Origin: Eutreptiella sp. 'Long Island Sound 2002' | Taxonomy: Eukaryota; Protista; Euglenida | DNA length: 64,000 bases | NCBI GenBank assembly: GCA_964036045.1 | Contig: OZ038379.1 | Span: 48,298,001 to 48,362,000, forward strand | Direction of reading: 5' to 3' | Part shown: piece by piece, positions 62,965 through 64,000 of the stretch | Layout: each line of letters starts with the position of its first letter | Position numbering within the stretch: position 1 is the stretch's first letter | The notes under the pieces: generated by a model | What the model saw: the letters and a program-made list of their open reading frames with translations, nothing else | Told to the model about the DNA's origin: nothing | Databases searched by the model: none | Program-made: the position numbers and the translations under genes

Positions 62965-63871
62965 ATAGTATGCACGAAGTCGCCCCCCCCTACCTCCCCC
63001 CCCTACCTACCCCCCCCCTACCCCCCCCTACCCCCCCTACCCCCCTCTACCCCCCCCCAACCCCCCCCTACCTCCCCCCCTACCTCCCCCCCCCTACCTC
63101 CCCCCCTACCTTCGGCTCGCTTCGCTCGACAGACGGCTCGCTTCGCTCGACGAGGGGGCCAGCCCCCGCACCCCCCTTAAATAACATGACTCCTGCAGTG
63201 GCCACAGACCGCCTTTTGTGTGCACCGCCTTGTGTGTACACCGCCTTTTGTGTGTACCGCCTTGCCTGTGGCCCCTTAAATAACAAGACTCCTGCGGTGG
63301 CTACAGACCGCCTTTTGTGTGTTCCGCCTTGTGTGTGCACCGCCTTCTGTGTGTACCGCCTTTCCTGTGGCCCCTTAAATAACAAGACTCCTGCGGTGGC
63401 TACAGACCGCCTTTTGTGTGTTCCGCCTTTTGTGTGTCCGCCTTGTGTGTGCACCGCCTTCCTGTGTGTACCGCCTTGCCTGTGGCCCCTTAAATAACAA
63501 GACTCCTGCGGTGGCCACAGACCGCCTTTTGTGTGTTCCGCCTTCTGTGTGCACCGCCTTGCCTGTGGGCCCTTAAATAACAAGACTCCTGCGGTGGCCA
63601 CAGGCCGCCTTTTGTGTGTTCCGCCTTGTGTGTGCACCGCCATCCCCCCCCATACCCCCCCCTACCTTCACGACCCCCCCCTACCTCCCCCCCCTACCCC
63701 CCCCTACCTCCCCCCCCTACCCCCCCCTACCCCCCCCCTGACCCCCCCTACCCCCCCAACCCCCCCCTAGCCCCCCCCCCCCCCCCCCCTACCCCCCACC
63801 AACCCCCCCCAACCCCCCCCCTACCCCCCCATATCTCCAAGGTAGGGGGGGGCGACTTCGTGCGATATATG
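62965..63871. mobile_element. 907-bp non-autonomous TIR element with an 8-bp TSD (hAT-like)
   Basis: gcacgaagtcgcccccccctacc (from 62972) is inverted as ggtaggggggggcgacttcgtgc (63841-63863). cctatgcg is duplicated at 62957-62964 and 63872-63879. Interior holds (cccccctac)n tracts, ggctcgcttcgctcg x2 and ~4 copies of a ~90-100-bp repeat. Confidence 0.9.
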
Positions 63872-64000
63872 CCTATGCGCCAATTCCTATGGGGGTCTAG
63901 ACCCCAAAAAAAAATTGGTGCGACCCTATGCGCCAATTCCTATGGGGGTCTAGACCCCCAAAATAATTGGCGCGACCCTATACACAAATTCCTATGGGGG
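63872..64000. repeat. 52-bp satellite, continuation
   Basis: Same consensus resumes at the TSD. Confidence 0.97.

Overview
This window is eukaryotic, repeat-dense, heterochromatin-like DNA. It has interstitial TTAGGG tracts, GT-AG introns and long G/C homopolymer runs; a large protist genome such as a euglenid is plausible but unverified. I found no intact host protein-coding gene, rRNA or CRISPR array. Four tandem satellites dominate (~85, 72, 10 and 52 bp units), and the 85-, 72- and 52-bp units are built from internal hairpins. Decayed mobile elements include two tandem Penelope-like RT remnants, a DIRS-like gag/RT remnant, a tyrosine-recombinase remnant and several TIR elements, one with a clean 8-bp TSD inside the 52-bp satellite. 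Two structures stand out. (1) A decayed element at ~51.3-55.5 kb encodes a Transib/RAG1-like DDE transposase plus a second gene, and its four GT-AG introns are each fold-back arrays of the same GTTCATAA/TTATGAAC motif. A diverged homolog of the transposase exon, with the same acceptor position and phase, lies inside a separate TIR element at 5.8-6.6 kb. (2) Three tandem ~1.14-kb elements with asymmetric terminal inverted repeats (Helitron2/Helentron-like) each sit within (TTAGGG)n at 17.2-20.8 kb. All protein-family calls come from motif recognition by eye; no database search was run.
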